From contig CM074821.1 in assembly GCA_037447605.1 (NCBI GenBank), forward strand, positions 930,001 through 994,000: a stretch of DNA of 64,000 nt, given 5' to 3'. The notes beneath the pieces were generated by a model. It saw only the letters and a program-made list of their open reading frames with translations. It did not search any database and was not told the origin of the DNA. The stretch is from Zygnema circumcarinatum SAG 698-1b (lineage: Eukaryota > Plantae > Zygnematophyceae). Numbering within the stretch: position 1 is the stretch's first letter; every line of letters begins with the position of its first letter. The translations under genes were made by a program, and so were the position numbers. Below are positions 21,859 through 35,765 of this stretch, in pieces.

Positions 21859-24800
21859 ATGGCAAGGCTGCTACAGACGCTGCTGGATAAGATCACATAT
21901 GTGGAAGAGGAAGAGGATGACAGCCAGCCGGAGTCGCCGTCGGAGAGGAAGAGGGAGGGGAAGGGGAGAGTGAAGGGGAGGAAGAAGCAGGAGGAGGAGG
22001 AGGAAGTGGATGAGGATGAGGAGGACGAGAGTGAAGAGGAAAGGTTGAGGGAGAAGAGGAGGGAGAAGGAGGAGAGGAAGAAGGAGAGGAGGTTGAAGGA
22101 GGAGAGTATGCTGAAGGAGAAGCGGGAGAAGGAGGAGAGAGAGGAGGCGGCGAGGTTGGAGAGGGCGAGAGAAGAGAGGATGATTAAGGGGAAGAAAGAG
22201 AAGGATGAAGAGAGTGCCAAGGATAGGAGGAGGAAGGAGGAGGAGGAGAGGGTCAACGAGGAGAGGAGGATGAAGGAGGAGAAGAGAGTGAGGGATGAGG
22301 AGATGGCTAAGGAAAAGAGAATGAAGGAGGAGAGTGCGAAGGTGGAGGGAGGGAAGGAGGGGAAGTTGAAAGAGGAGAAGAAAGAGAGTGAAGAGAAGGG
22401 GAAGAAAGAGAGGAGGAGCTCCTGGAGGAGCATGTTGTGGGGAAGCAAAGGAGGGGGAGGATCTCTGGGAGACGCGAAGGACCTCCTTGTAAGGCCTCTT
22501 GCAGGTGAGAGAAATATGTACGGAGAGTAATTCAGACTAATTGAGATGGTAGCCTTGTTTGATCTGCTCTCTGCGATAATGTAGTTCTGAGCATATTTTG
22601 AAGGAGGTATTGGGGGAGGGCGATCAGATTCGGAGCTGATCTAACTTTAAAAGATAAAAATTGGGTAGTAAAAGGCTTTCTGTTGCTGTTTGACATTCTC
22701 TCTCTCTCTCTCTTTCGTCCTCTCTGTCTCCCCCGTCCTACTTTTACTCTCTCATTTGTGTGAAACGATTACTGGTGAGTTCTCGTAATTGTGGCCTTAT
22801 TAGAGATCCGCCGTGACTATAGTTCTATCCAAATCATTTGCAATATTTGCACACGTGGTCTGAATGTGAATTCCCGTTAGCGTTACACTAAATCACTCCT
22901 TTCTGAGCGTGTTCTCAGGGTACATTGCACATCCTTTTTGAATGCATACATTGAGCTTAAATGCTCACTCTCTCTCTCTGCCCTGGTTGTAGTTTTTATT
23001 TATCTGAGAAGTTCCGGACTTCAGATAGCCTCAGGGTAGAGGACTATCTTAGAGAAACGCGGAGGACCTCAAATCGTAATACATTAGTGTTAGTGATACT
23101 GTTACTGTTGTTCTTTTGTTATTGCTCCTTTTTTTTTTTGCCAGTACTCTCTCTTCACTCCTCTGTAAGCAGTGAAGTTTGGATCTCTGGTCATCGATGT
23201 CTTTTCCTCCTCTCCAACAAGCTCCGTTTAGGTGGTTTATTCAACAATATGGAAGTATTATTTCTCCTTCTCCTTGATGCCTTTTTTTGAGGGGTTTCAG
23301 GTAGTGGCACGAAGACTCCTCACACAAAGGGAACCAAAAAGGTCACTGTGGTCGGAATCGGGATGGTGGGAATGGCCTGTGCCCAAACTATACTGACTCA
23401 GGTAAGTAAAGAAGGGCTCGACTTTTTCAAAGCAAATGTACAAAAGCTCAATCTATCCGAACCATGACACTTGCAAACCACACTAACGCGAGTGTTAATC
23501 CGACCTTTTTGATGACGAAGTTCTCTGCATAGAGGGCTATCGATGTTGGTCTTCATTGTTTTTTCTGATACAAAGTTTGGATATTCTGATTGCTGTGTAC
23601 AGCACCTCTGCGATGAGCTTGCCCTAGTCGATGTCTCCTCAAAGAAGCTGGAAGGCGAGCTGTTAGATCTCCAACATGGAGCCGCTTTTCTGCCACGTGT
23701 AAAGATAATGGCTGATACTGATTACACGTAAGAGCCTTTTTTTTAACTACACAACCTATAATCGATAATAGGCTGATACAAATGCCTGCAATTATGGCCG
23801 CTAATACACACTATAACAACATTTTCTCATGAGACTGATGTTATCTCCTTTGGCTGCATGTGAGTTCAGAGTGAGTGCAGGTTCAGACATCTGCATCGTG
23901 ACAGCTGGAGTTCGGCAACAAGAGGGTGAATCTCGCCTTGCTTTGGTAAGGCAGAAACTCAAGGCCTGAAAGGAACGTTCCTAATGACTTTAGTTGGCTT
24001 AGAAATTCTCCGTTTTTTCCTTGTGACGAGATAAAAGCCTTGGTTGCATGTGGCCTATAGCTGCAGAAGATGAGGTAGCTACAGCTAGCTAGCAGTACCA
24101 AAAAAGTATAGGTGAGAGTTTGGAAGAGCTAAGAAGAAGGTGACTCCTTGATTCAATATCAAATATTCATGGCAGCCATTTTCCGCTCCTTAGCTTTTCC
24201 CGTTTCCCTCCAGGTTGGCCGAAATGTAGCGCTGTTAAGAAACATCATCCCTCCATTGGTGAAGTACTCTCCCAACACGGTTTTCATCGTCGTGGCGAAT
24301 CCGGTGGATATTCTTACTTATATTACATGGAAGCTGTCAGGTCTTCCGTCAAATCGAGTGCTCGGTAAGCTTCTGCGTCTCACTCTGCATCTCTCTCCCC
24401 NNNNNNNNNNCCCCTCCCCCTCCCCCTCAATGTTTCATAATATGGTGCAGGGAGTGGGACAAACTTGGACTCCTCTCGCCTCGCGTTCGTCATAGCGGAC
24501 GCCCTTGAAGTGAACGCGCAGAATGTGAACGGGTACATCATCGGCGAGCATGGGGACTCGAGTGTGCCGGTCTGGTCATCCATCAGCATTGCGGGCGTTT
24601 CTCTAGTTGACTATTTGCGCATACAGAACTTGAAGATGGGAGAAGCCGAATTGCAAAAAATCCATAAAGAGGTAAAGTAGAGAAGGCTCTCTGAATGGTG
24701 GCTGAATTCAGGTGTATTTTTTCAAAGCCGAAGTTCTTGAAGACGTTCGCGGGCTGATTTTTCTTCATCGTATACTGTGCTTGAATGGTGGGAATTGACC

Positions 24801-25537
24801 TGTTGAGATAACCTGTAAAAGTGAGTACCTTGTTGCAGGTAATGGAGGGCGCGTATAAGGTGATATCTTTGAAGGGATATACAAATTGGGCCATTGGCTA
24901 TTCAGTAGCGTCTCTTGTGGGCACGTTGGTCAGGTACGTCAAGTATATAATGGGGATGTTGCTTTTGGCTTTATTGACTTTGCTAGCTGAAAGCCTCCTT
25001 GGCAGTCGGAGAAACCTGTGTGCTCTATGATCTCCTTAAGCAGGAGTTTGTTTTTCCTTAAAGAGTATAAAATTGTAAACGAACAGTCGTACTGTGAAGT
25101 GGCCCGGTGGGAGTGAAGGTGAATGCTCCCGTGTAATAAGGGAAGAGGTTGTGCAAAGTCTGGGAGAAGGGGTAAGATAGAGGAAGAGGAGTGGGTGTGT
25201 TAGTAGGAGTGTCAGGGAACGCAGAGATGCAGAAGGAGAGGGGAGAGAATTACCGCAGAGCCCACAAGTGAAGCTTCTCTTACAGTGTGTCAGATAAGAT
25301 ATTAAATGTTCGCCATCACCATCTTCATGCAGGGATCAACGGCGAGTCCATGCAGTGTCCACATTGGCGCAGGGTTTCCATGGTGTGAAGGGAGAAGTGT
25401 TTTTGAGTCTTCCATGTCTTCTTGGAAGCTCAGGAGTAGTGGGAGTGCTCGATCAGCCTCTCACTCCCACAGAGACCTCCCTTTTCCAGCAGTCGGCAGC
25501 TACTCTCCTCGAGCTGCAGTCTCAGCTGACTCCATAG
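21859..25537 (+). CDS. LDH: L-lactate dehydrogenase with a long charged N-terminal extension, multi-exon
   Basis: [16 protein letters not shown] (Rossmann motif), DELALVDV...[62 protein letters not shown] (catalytic His), [17 protein letters not shown]. Exon 1 21859-22504 joins exon 2 23301-23401 in phase 1. A 10-N gap lies in an intron at 24401-24410. Confidence 0.93.
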
Positions 25538-26746
25538 GGAGAATACGCGGCACAATATTCTTACTATTTAATGTTCTTCTACTTGACCTGTATGCCAGTA
25601 AAGCTGGTTGTGAAGAAAGGTACTTAAAAAAAGAAAGAAAAAAAAGAAAGGTACTGCTGAGGTAGAAGGAAGGACTGGCTAACTACTAGCCCTCTTTTGT
25701 GTACTGTAGTTGGTAGAGTGGAGGTCAAGCATGGAGAAGGTTCGGTTGTCTCTGTTCCCTTATTTTGGCTTGTCTGCGTGACAAGTGCTTTGACAGGCAG
25801 GTAAGTTTCAAAGGGGTCAGAAAGAACCGCATTCAATCATCATGCTGGCGAGTGAGTGCTTTGAAGGTTGCACAATTGGAAGCATCCAAGAAGCTTTATT
25901 CTTGATTAGTTTATGTAGGAAGGTGTTGTGGGCTTCACGTTTGGCAATTGATCAAACACTGTCGCGCGACCCTACTGTAATTGTTCCAACCTTCATTGGT
26001 TGGTAATTGTTCCAAATTTCATGTGGTAAGTAATAAAAAAGTCTAAGATTTTCAGCCCCTGTCCTCTTGTGTAGGCAGATGATAGTGGTCCTCTCCTCTC
26101 CACTCCATTTCTCTCGTAGAGTAGAGCCAGATAGTGAAGTATCAAACATCCTCTGATGTTTGAATACCAACCATGGAATTTGATGCACATGCGCGCCACA
26201 CATCACTTGCCAATGTCGACCACACATGAAATTGGTCCTCGCAGTTCCACGTAGTACACATAGCCCACAAGTCAATATGAGAACAAACATGAGTTCAACA
26301 TGCCACCCTGGGGACCTTAGCCATGCACTCGACTATTCTTTCTCCAGAGATCAAGGGTGCAGAAAGGTCAGAAGGGTCCGCCCTCAATTGCTGAATTTTG
26401 GGCCGGCTCGGGGGTGGTGGCTAGAGATATCTTTAGGTACCTAGTGCACTCACAGTATAGCTAGACTAGCTCCTACCCATAAGCCTGAAAGGATGGTTCG
26501 GCCTCATTGCTCTCTCCCACTTAGATCACGTCCACTGTGTCTATCGTCGGTTACTGTTTTTCGAAGATGGAGCGTAGCAGCTACTTTTTGCTGAAATCTA
26601 CCCAACAACTAAACCCACAGGAGAATGTCCCCCGGCTCTCTCCACTGAATCATCCCAAATGATCTGCGATTGAATTATGTACTCTTCCCCCCCTNNNNNN
26701 NNNNTTACTGATTCTGTTATGAAGTTCAAGAACTGCGAATAGACTT

Positions 26747-29423
26747 TTAAGGTGAGGAGATGTTTGCCTCCAGCTCTGCGGCCAGCTCCCGTTCCCGCCC
26801 AAGAATTACGTCCACGTGGTCCCTTCCGGGCACACACTTCACCGACACATTTGAGTGCAGCTGAGAGAGCTCCAAGCTGCCTGAAAACGGGCAGATGGGG
26901 TCATTCGAGCCGTGAATTATGGACACGTGGCGCCCATGAGAGCGAAGAATCTCAAAGTAAGAGTTCACAAGGCGGGCCCCCCCACAGACAGTGTTGTGAA
27001 ATGTGTGCCACGCGGAGTAGTGCGTGTGCCGCATGAAGTCCCGAACAAAGGAGGGAGGAACTCTGCATGCAGTGAAATACAAAAGTCCGTTACAAGGAGT
27101 CGGAGAAGCAGTCAACAGCTCCAATAATCTAGAAAACCCAAATCATAAAAAACGCCACTGTAGCAAAGAAAGACCTTCAGAGCAAGCTCACCGTGTTTGT
27201 ACGAGGAGGGGTAGAGCTTGAGAGAGAAGAAGCTCCCACAAGCGGTGGCCACGGCAGAGGATGGAGCAGAGGAGGCGGCCGACATGCTCGTACCATGACA
27301 TGATGCTGATGCCCAATGTGAGCGGCGGCCATGCATGGCGAGGGGCGGTGCTGCGGAAGAAGGCGAGAGAGGGGTCTGCTCCAGGGGGCGCTTGGACGTA
27401 TGGCTGCAAAGGGAAGTGAGGAGATGGAAGCATGAGAAGGGGCATTTCATTTTATTATTATTATTATTATTATTATTTTTTTTTTCATTTCATTTTTTTG
27501 GCCAGCTGACTGGGCATGCAAGGCTGTTCAAAGGGGGAGGGGGAGGGGGAACAAGGAGGTTACTTGCCCTCCCCACAGCAAAACCACACAAGCATTCGTA
27601 TAGGTATGAAGTTTTTGAAATTGGAAAAGGAATGATTAAAGAGATCTGGGAGGGATGGGGAGAGGAAGGCAGTAATGAGAGCTTGAGAGAGAGGTCACTT
27701 TCCGTTATTAGGGAGAAGAGATGGAGGAAGGGAAGGAGAGTGAGAGAGGGGGTGCAGAGCAGGAAGTAGTCTATAACAAAGGATGTGATGGAATGGAGGA
27801 GGAACATACCGGAGCAATGAGAGTGATGCTGCAGATTCTGTTGGCATTGCGAGCAGCCAAAGCGAGGGCCACAACACATCCCATGGAATGTGCGACAATG
27901 TGAAACCGCTCAACATGGAAGCGCTCCAATACCGAGTGTTCTATCCGGCTGCATATCCACCGATCAAAGTCAATAAAAAGCACGAATCACATGCCAGGAA
28001 ACTGCCACAGTGGAAGATTGCTTCTGTAGAACATTTGACTGCACCTTTCAATCAGAACAACTCATGCCATCACTAGTTTTCTCCCCCTTTGACTGCGGCT
28101 TTTTCCTATCATGCTTTTGGTTTTTGAAGAAAAGCAAAGGAAGAGAGAACCCGTTCTATCTTTGAAAAGCTGTTGTGAGTCGTAACTGATTTCTGGAAAC
28201 CAAACATTGACTGCTTTTGCTCACCTTACATGATCCTCCATCGTGTACCCACAATCACGGGGCTTTGGGCTTTCTCCAAAACCCAAAAGGTCGACAGCAA
28301 AGAGTCGATAGCTATTTCTAATCTTTGGAGAGAGTCGAGGAATGATGGTGTCAATCCAAAAGGAGGAGGAAGAGAGGAAGCCATGGATGAATATGATGTT
28401 GGAGTCTGAATTGCTTTTAAAGCAGAGAGAAGCATCTTTAAACGGAGAAGGCAAGAAGCTCTCAGAAGGAAAACTCATCGAACGGTTCATTAGAGGAGGG
28501 GCATTGCCAGTTTTTAAGTATGAGTTGGGAATCCGAGGGAATGTAGAACTCTCCGTTGGCCGAACTACCCCACTCTTTAAAGTGGCCTCTAGCCTGTAAA
28601 GCAATTCATTGAAGCTGCTCTTAAACACTCCATCCTCATCCCTTGCTAATTCAAAAGTAACCTTTTTTCTTCTTCTGTTCTTACTACCCGTGCTTTCATT
28701 CCATTGCCACAAGACTCTTGAGCATTTCTTCGTCGACGAAAATGCTTCCAACTCTTCTCCCATCTCCGAGTTTATCTCCAGTTTCCCCAGAGCTGAAGCT
28801 CTCTTCTCTCCTCCTCCTCCTCCTCCTCTCTCCCTCCCCTCCACTCTCACAAACAGGTGCCCGTCCCCTCTCTCCCACACCCGACACGTGGCGCACTGAC
28901 AGTCTGTCCACCTCACCGACGTCCTCGCCTTTGTCATTGCCAGTGGAAACTTCGTGGGTCCTTCCGAAAAGGCACCAATGTCTTCCTTAGCCGAACTTCC
29001 CCATCCAAACTCTTCAATATAGAGAGCTCGAGAGGGAGAATTCGCCGTGCTCCTAAGCAGCCAATGCCTCAGTCCCCCCTGCGTCCACGTGGCAACGCTG
29101 CGAATCCAAAATCGGAGCCCCCCCATATTCTCCCGCCCTCGAATTGTTGCTGAAGGGGAGCTCCATGATGGGGGGGGGCATCCGCCATGGATAATAGGGC
29201 CCTCTTGAGGGGAGGAGGGGCACAATGTGGGGGCTTTATGAGAGCCCAAAGGCGGGATTGGGGGGGAGCAGGAGCATCCTTCCCAGCGCTGGCAGAGGAG
29301 GGAGTCGAGGAAGGAGAAGAGGGGGCAGAGGAGGAGGTCGAGCACGTCGAGGAGGAGGAAGAGCAGCGCGCTGAGGGAGAGGAAGGCGACCCTCTGTAGA
29401 GCTCTCACGATGCTTCTGAACAT
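26747..29423 (-). CDS. BDG: BODYGUARD-family alpha/beta hydrolase, multi-exon
   Basis: N-terminal FLLLDVLDLLLCPLFSFLD...WEGCSC (BDG-type N-terminus); IFIHGFLSSSSFW; FAVDLLGFGESPKP...YTMEDHV; SVLERFHVERFHIVAHSMGCVVALALA (nucleophile Ser); RHTHYSAWHTFHNTVCG; IHGSNDPICP (Asp); RDHVDVILGRE (His). Confidence 0.9.
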
Positions 29424-30277
29424 GGCTGTGGAGGTGAGGGAAAGAGAGAGGGAGAGAGAGAGGGAGAGAGAGAGAGAGAGGGAAGCGCAATGTGGGAGAG
29501 AAGGCGAGGAGAGGGAGTGGCTGCGGGGAGGCTGTCAGAAAGGGAAGAGAGAGTGGTGGCGGAATGGGTGGGAGGGCGGGAGCAGGGCAGAAGGTTCCGG
29601 GAGGGTCCCCCTCACTGAGGCTGACGGCCTGTTTTGTCGGTTAGGGCTTCCTGCTGTCGTCAGCGGTGTGGGCACTTGATGAAAGTGGCGGCAGACATTG
29701 CGCCACGTGACATGCTTTGTGGCCGCTACCAGTCGTTACTAAACGACAAAACTATGTACAGGAAGGTCTCCGTACCTTTTCGTACGTTGTTACGACGGTT
29801 TGGCGTCTGGCATGGTACGAACTGTACGGTGCGGGTTTTGAAAGTTGAGATGTGCGCATAGGAGCGGACGGTCAACGGGTCGTACGGTAGACTCAGTCAG
29901 GACCCGGTCAGCCGCGGTCACCGGCCGTGACCCGGGCCATGACCCCAAAGGTCATGACCCGGGTCACGACATTTGGTTCGTGGCCAGTTTGCAAACCAGA
30001 AACCGGATGGTGACAGCTCGAGAGGGGGAAGCGCTCGGATTCGTAGAGCCGGTAGCACTCGCTCTCTCTCTCTCTTGTTCTCTCTCCCTATGTGTCTCCA
30101 TCTCTCCCTCTCTCCCTTCTTCCCACCCTTCCTCCCTCCCTTTATCCATCTCTCCCTGTCCCCTTCGCCTTTCCCACCCATTTCATTGTCAACTTCCCCT
30201 CTCTCTCCTCCAATTCTTCACTCTCTCCCACCCTATGCCCCCTCAGCCTCGTCGTTTTCTTTTTGTTTTCTCTGCTG

Positions 30278-30311
<34 letters not shown>

Positions 30312-32521
30312 CCCTCTATCCTCCATTCACCCCTTCCCATCCCTCCCTCCCTCCCTCCCTCCCTCCCTATGCCCCGCCATAGTGAGCTTTGCGAAAGAAT
30401 GCGAATGTAGTAGAGTATTTTACCCACGATCCACCATCACGTCATCACAAGAAAGAAAGGGAAATTGAAATAAAAAATGAGGGAGGGCCACGGTGCGAGA
30501 GAGTGGTAGGGAGAGAGAGCGAACGAGGGGACGGAGAGGAGATAAAGGGAGTGAGAATGGGAGAATGAGCAAGAGTCGGAGGGAGTAGTAGAAGTCAAGT
30601 GGGGAGAGAGATGAGAGCGCGGCGAGCTTGCAAGCAGGTGTGCACTTGAATGCATAAATGAATGAGAAGCCAGAAAAGCGGGAAAAGGCAGATGAACCTC
30701 AAAACCTAACATTGCTAGGAGCTCGCAACCGAAAATACCTCCAATGGCAGGTACGAGGCATGCCATGCCCATGCATCGCCGCATCAACAAGAAGTTCAGC
30801 CCATACTCTCAGCATGAGACGCCGCCAGAGGCCTTCTTGGAACTGCCCCTTCCTAAATTAATTTAATTAGGATCCGGCATTGGTGCAGATGTGAGCCTTG
30901 AAGAGTTTACTAGACCCGTAAAGAGTTCGAAAGCTCTGACACTTTTAGGAACTCAAAAGACCTCAAAAGTCACTACGGCAATTTGTTTTTGGCGGAGGGC
31001 TGTGGCGCGGTGCCTATGTGGCAGTGCGGTCAGTGAAGCACAAAGGCGAAACCCTAAACTATAAACCCTGAACTGCGCTTGCAACACAAGACAAGCTGGG
31101 GCTGCCGAATGCACTTCTTTCATATATTTTACTCATTTTATTGACAGATCTACCTTTATCTTTTTTAATCAATAATACCACGGAGGATCCCCAGTGCTGT
31201 CATATCACGCCACACGTTTCTGTGCTGCTAAGTCTTCAATCTCGGTACATTTTTAGAAATTAAGAGCACTTGGACAAGAAAAACTGAGAGGAATCATCTT
31301 CAAGCCAACCTCAGATTTGTGTCAACAGTTACGCAAAACTTCCATTTTGTAAAAAGTGTTATTTTCTAGTCCTCCGCCTGGCTGGCTTGCAAACTCTTCC
31401 TTTTTCTTTTTTTATCTACAGCGAAGGTCTGGCCATCCTTTTACTGGCTCAGAGCAAGTGAACAACTTATTAAGCATAATTGGTCAATTAACAGCTCGAA
31501 GCTTAAGGAATGGACACAGCACGCAGGTGAGGTTGCTGGATATCGATCCTGTAATGGCGGAGTGGGAGGGATCTGAGGGAGGGCTGCCAGACCTCCGCGG
31601 GGTGATCTCCAGGCGATGCGGAAGAAAGCCTTGGTATGGCTTTGGATTTGTTTGCTGTTTGTTTTTGGGGAAGTGTTAGGGTTCTCTTTTCTCCTTTTGG
31701 GTTTTCGTGGAGGAGGGAGGGGGAGTGGAACGTGGTTACGGGGAAAGGAGATTGCTGTGTGTTGCTTTGGGATGTGCTCGTTCGAGCAGGGAGGAGCGGA
31801 GAAAGATGGAAGTCTTTACTTCCTTTTTTCTGGAGGGGTTTCTGCGATTTTAAGATGCTAGCTGCAAATTGAGGGGTGGTTCACTTTGACTTAAAGGCAT
31901 TTTGAGGCTCCCGGGTGGAGGGTTGAGGAGACCCATTTGTCTCAGAGTTGAGCATTTTTCTGCACAAGGGGACGCCGGAGAGAGATGAAGTGACACTGAT
32001 GATGATGATATGATGACACTCGCCTTCCTTTCTTTGTTCGAAAAAAGTTTGCGAGCACCGTTTTTGACGCATGGAACTGGCTGCTGGGCCGACCTGGTCC
32101 TGGAAGTGCACAGGCATTCATGCGGCATGGGAGGGGGAGGAGGGAGGGGGGAGGAGGGAGGGGGAATGAGGTGTCGCTGCTAGGAAGGAGCTGCTAAAAA
32201 TGTGAGGAAAAAGGAGGGAGTCGTGAGGGAGAGGGGCAGGGAGAAAGAGGGACGGAGGGAGGGAAGTAGGGATTTTCTTCGTCAGAAACCCCCTAACTTG
32301 GAGCTGAAATGACGTTTCCCACAGATACTTCTTCTAAATCCCATATCGACTCCATTCCACTCTCCATCATTGTCCACGGAAGGAAACGTTTCAGCACGCA
32401 TATGAGTCGTCCAAAATTCGTGCATGTAAATGATCGTCACACGGACTACAATACATCGTCTTGAACCTTAGGAAGGTAACCTTTTGTGCAAAAGCATTAA
32501 TAAACGCAGTAGATGCTCAGA

Positions 32522-32575
<54 letters not shown>

Positions 32576-32854
32576 GAGAGAGAGAGAGAGAGAGAGATCA
32601 CTACTAGAGAGACCTTGCCATGCTAATCGCCCTCGTTGACGAAGAACATTTGAAGGATGAAAACATCTAGACGCCTCTCAAGGCGTCAGTTTAGGAAATG
32701 GACTCCAACAACAATCGGCCCTCCAGTTCTGCTACTTTACACGCTTTCTTTGCTTGGAGAGATGGAGAGAAAGATAGAGAGAGAGGGGGAGGGAGAGCGA
32801 GAGCGAGAGAGAGAGGGTGGACCCTTATCGTTACAGTAGGCCGCCCTTTCAGAC

Positions 32855-35720
32855 TCAGCTCGTAAGGTTGTCAGAGGAGAGGAGAGAGGGACGGGCCATG
32901 AGAACGGCCGCGAGATATTCCGGGTGCTTCTGCAGGAAGAGGCTGACGTCATCCGCAGTCACAGCCCCGCTCTTGGAGCCATTCAGAGCCTCAAACAGCT
33001 TCTGCACCTGCCCATGTGCTCAAACCCAAAAGAAAGGAAATTCTGAGGAAAATGAATGAATCGAACTCCACTGGCGTATACAGAGAGAAAAAAGTCTATC
33101 TCCTTAAAGGCCCAAAACATTGAAACTGCTGATCCCCGAAACCATGCAAACGATTTTTGAAAACTTGAAGTCAAATATTCACTAAACCCAACCCGAAAGG
33201 GCTCAACTCCTTGATCTCAGTTAACCCGGCTGACCCTCAAGACCGAAATGAGAAAACCCGAAAGATAACCTCGGAGGTTTTTTATACAAAAACCAAAAAA
33301 AGGAAGGACTGCATTCTTACCTGCGCTTCAGAGATGGTTGGAAAGAGCATCTCCAAGCTTTCCTTCACATCCTCGGCATTCAGCACTCCGTCCTTGTCTG
33401 CATCGAGAAAATTGAATGTCACCTCCACAGATTCTTTGAACCGCTTGTGCTTGCTGACGAAGGCTAACCCTGCAACATACTGCACAAAGACAAGGAGGTG
33501 AACGCAGCAATCAGTCAATATCTGAGGGGAGAGAGAGAGAGTGGGGAGAGGGGGAGGGAGAAAGGGGGATGGGGGTCAAATGGGACTTGCTCCCCATTTC
33601 CCTCTCTCCCCCATCCGGCTAGAGAGAGGAAAATGGGAAGGCAAGAGATTGGGAAGGTTGAGGGAAAAGGGGAGAAAAAGGGGGAAAAGAAAGGAAGGGT
33701 CAAAGAGAGAACAGGAGGGAGAGGTTGGGAGAGAGGGGGGCGAGAGACACGGAAGTGGAGGGATAAAAAGGAGTGAAGGGGCGTTAAAAGGGGGGTGAAG
33801 GACAAGGAGAGAGAAGACCCCGAGAAAGAGAGAGAGAGAGCGCTTCAAGAGAAGGATTGGCCTTGCTGTACTTTCGACGCATGAAGAAGCAGTTTTCTTG
33901 GGAATGAGTTTTGCCCTTGCGATGTACAAGCACAAGCGAACTTACCTCTCGGAAATTGATATGCCCTCGATCAGATGTGTCAAATAAGCCGAAAACTCTC
34001 CTCGTCACGGATGAGTCGGGAAGACCCAAGCCAATCAAGAATTCCTCAACGGTAACCAGTCCCCTGTAAAAGACCGGGTCAACCTTCAAGTTTAGCTATC
34101 TATACAATTTGACCTCTAAATCAGAGAAATGCTTTGCCTTGCTGGCTACAGTAGAAAACAAATCGATGGTGTATTGCCCAGCATTTCCCACCAAATAGTA
34201 AGCAACACACAACCTACTGGCTTTGAAAAATTCTCAAATATGTTTCACTCCATGCTCGGCCCTTTCTTTTACTTTTTTTCCACAGTCCACTTTTTTCTCT
34301 CTCATACAAAGCAGAGATGAACTGATTGCTATCCCTTGGATTCTCCTCCATAATGTCAAACCTATCAAACCATTGCCAGTTCCGTCTGCCATAGCGAACA
34401 ACAGCTGCAGCTTAAAGGACTCATCGCTCAATCCTTACAACACACCTCCTGGCAACGTCCATTTCCTCAAACTTGTGGAGAAAACCAATTGCCTCCTTTA
34501 AATTCAGTTTGAACAGCCGTTCCATGCGTCCAAATTCGATATTTGCCACACCTGTGCATGTGAACACAGTAAAACCATAAAGACTAACACCGATCACTGA
34601 CGTGCTGACGTGCTATGTTCCCTTTATTACTCTCCGTAAACAATGAAATTGTGAAATTGAGACATAGAGGCATGCTCATTCATGAATGTGAAGCATGTGC
34701 CCCCTCAATTATACGTGATATTGTAAGGTATGATTGAACATGACTTCCCAAACCCTAAAGCAGCAAAGTGTTTCATATATACCCGCGGGACCCGGCGGCT
34801 TCAGCTTGAGACTCTCTAAGGCCAAAGCAACATCTCCAAAAGCATGTTCTGTCACGGTCACGTTCAAAGCACGAGCCATCGTCATACGGCATCGTTCCGC
34901 AAAAAAATGCGGATTTTTCTGCTCTTTGATTGTTGGTTCCAACACATCCAGATACTCCACCTGCAAGCTTATTCACGAAGAAATAAGAGATTTTACAGGA
35001 TGCCCATGCTAGGCCCACATCTTCAAACGGCAACCTTATCACTCCAAAGCCATAGTTCATAATGCCATCGCACCCCCATCTGCTGAATGATCAGGCTCTA
35101 AATGTGTTCACTATCTTGCAGGTGTTTCAGGGTTTCTCACAAAATACACAGAGTGAAAGTTCCTTTTGCAAGCAGGACTCCCGACCTTTCTTCCTGACGA
35201 AGCTTACCTCCATATGATTGTGCAATTGCATCATCAAACGGAACAGCAAGATGTGAACAGGGGGTCCCTCCACCACCCATGACGGATCGCATCGAACATG
35301 TGGATATCTCACTATCACCGGCTGTATGGGAACGCCGGGAGTGAAGGCTCCTGCCTTGAAGGATACAAGTGCCCTCCCGTTGGTGGTAGTGGCTTCCGGA
35401 AAGAGAGCCACTCGGTTCCAATCATTGCATATACTGCGCCTCTTGATCTCTCCAGCTGCATCTTTCCGGGATGTGGGGGAGGCTCTGTCGACTGGAATTG
35501 CCTGCACAGCAAAGGACAATAGTGATGAATTTCAGACCACAAGCAGGTAATAAGGCACTTATCTGAACAGGTAAAAGCTACCTTGACGACGATGACAAAT
35601 GTGAGCAACTGAATATGGTGATAAAAGTTGAAAACTCTGAAGTCCCTGTCGCATGACATAATTTGACAGCTAACAGACATTTTACAAGTGTGTGCATCTA
35701 TCCTGCCCCCTCCCCCGCTC

Positions 35721-35765
<45 letters not shown>

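Noticed and set aside
25952-26444. Short ORFs between LDH and BDG 3' ends
   Set aside because: No motif, splice support or promoter signature.
30622-30726. Possible pre-miRNA hairpin (GCGAGCT...AGCTCGC)
   Set aside because: Only ~15 pairs with internal loops and a large unpaired loop, too weak without small-RNA data.
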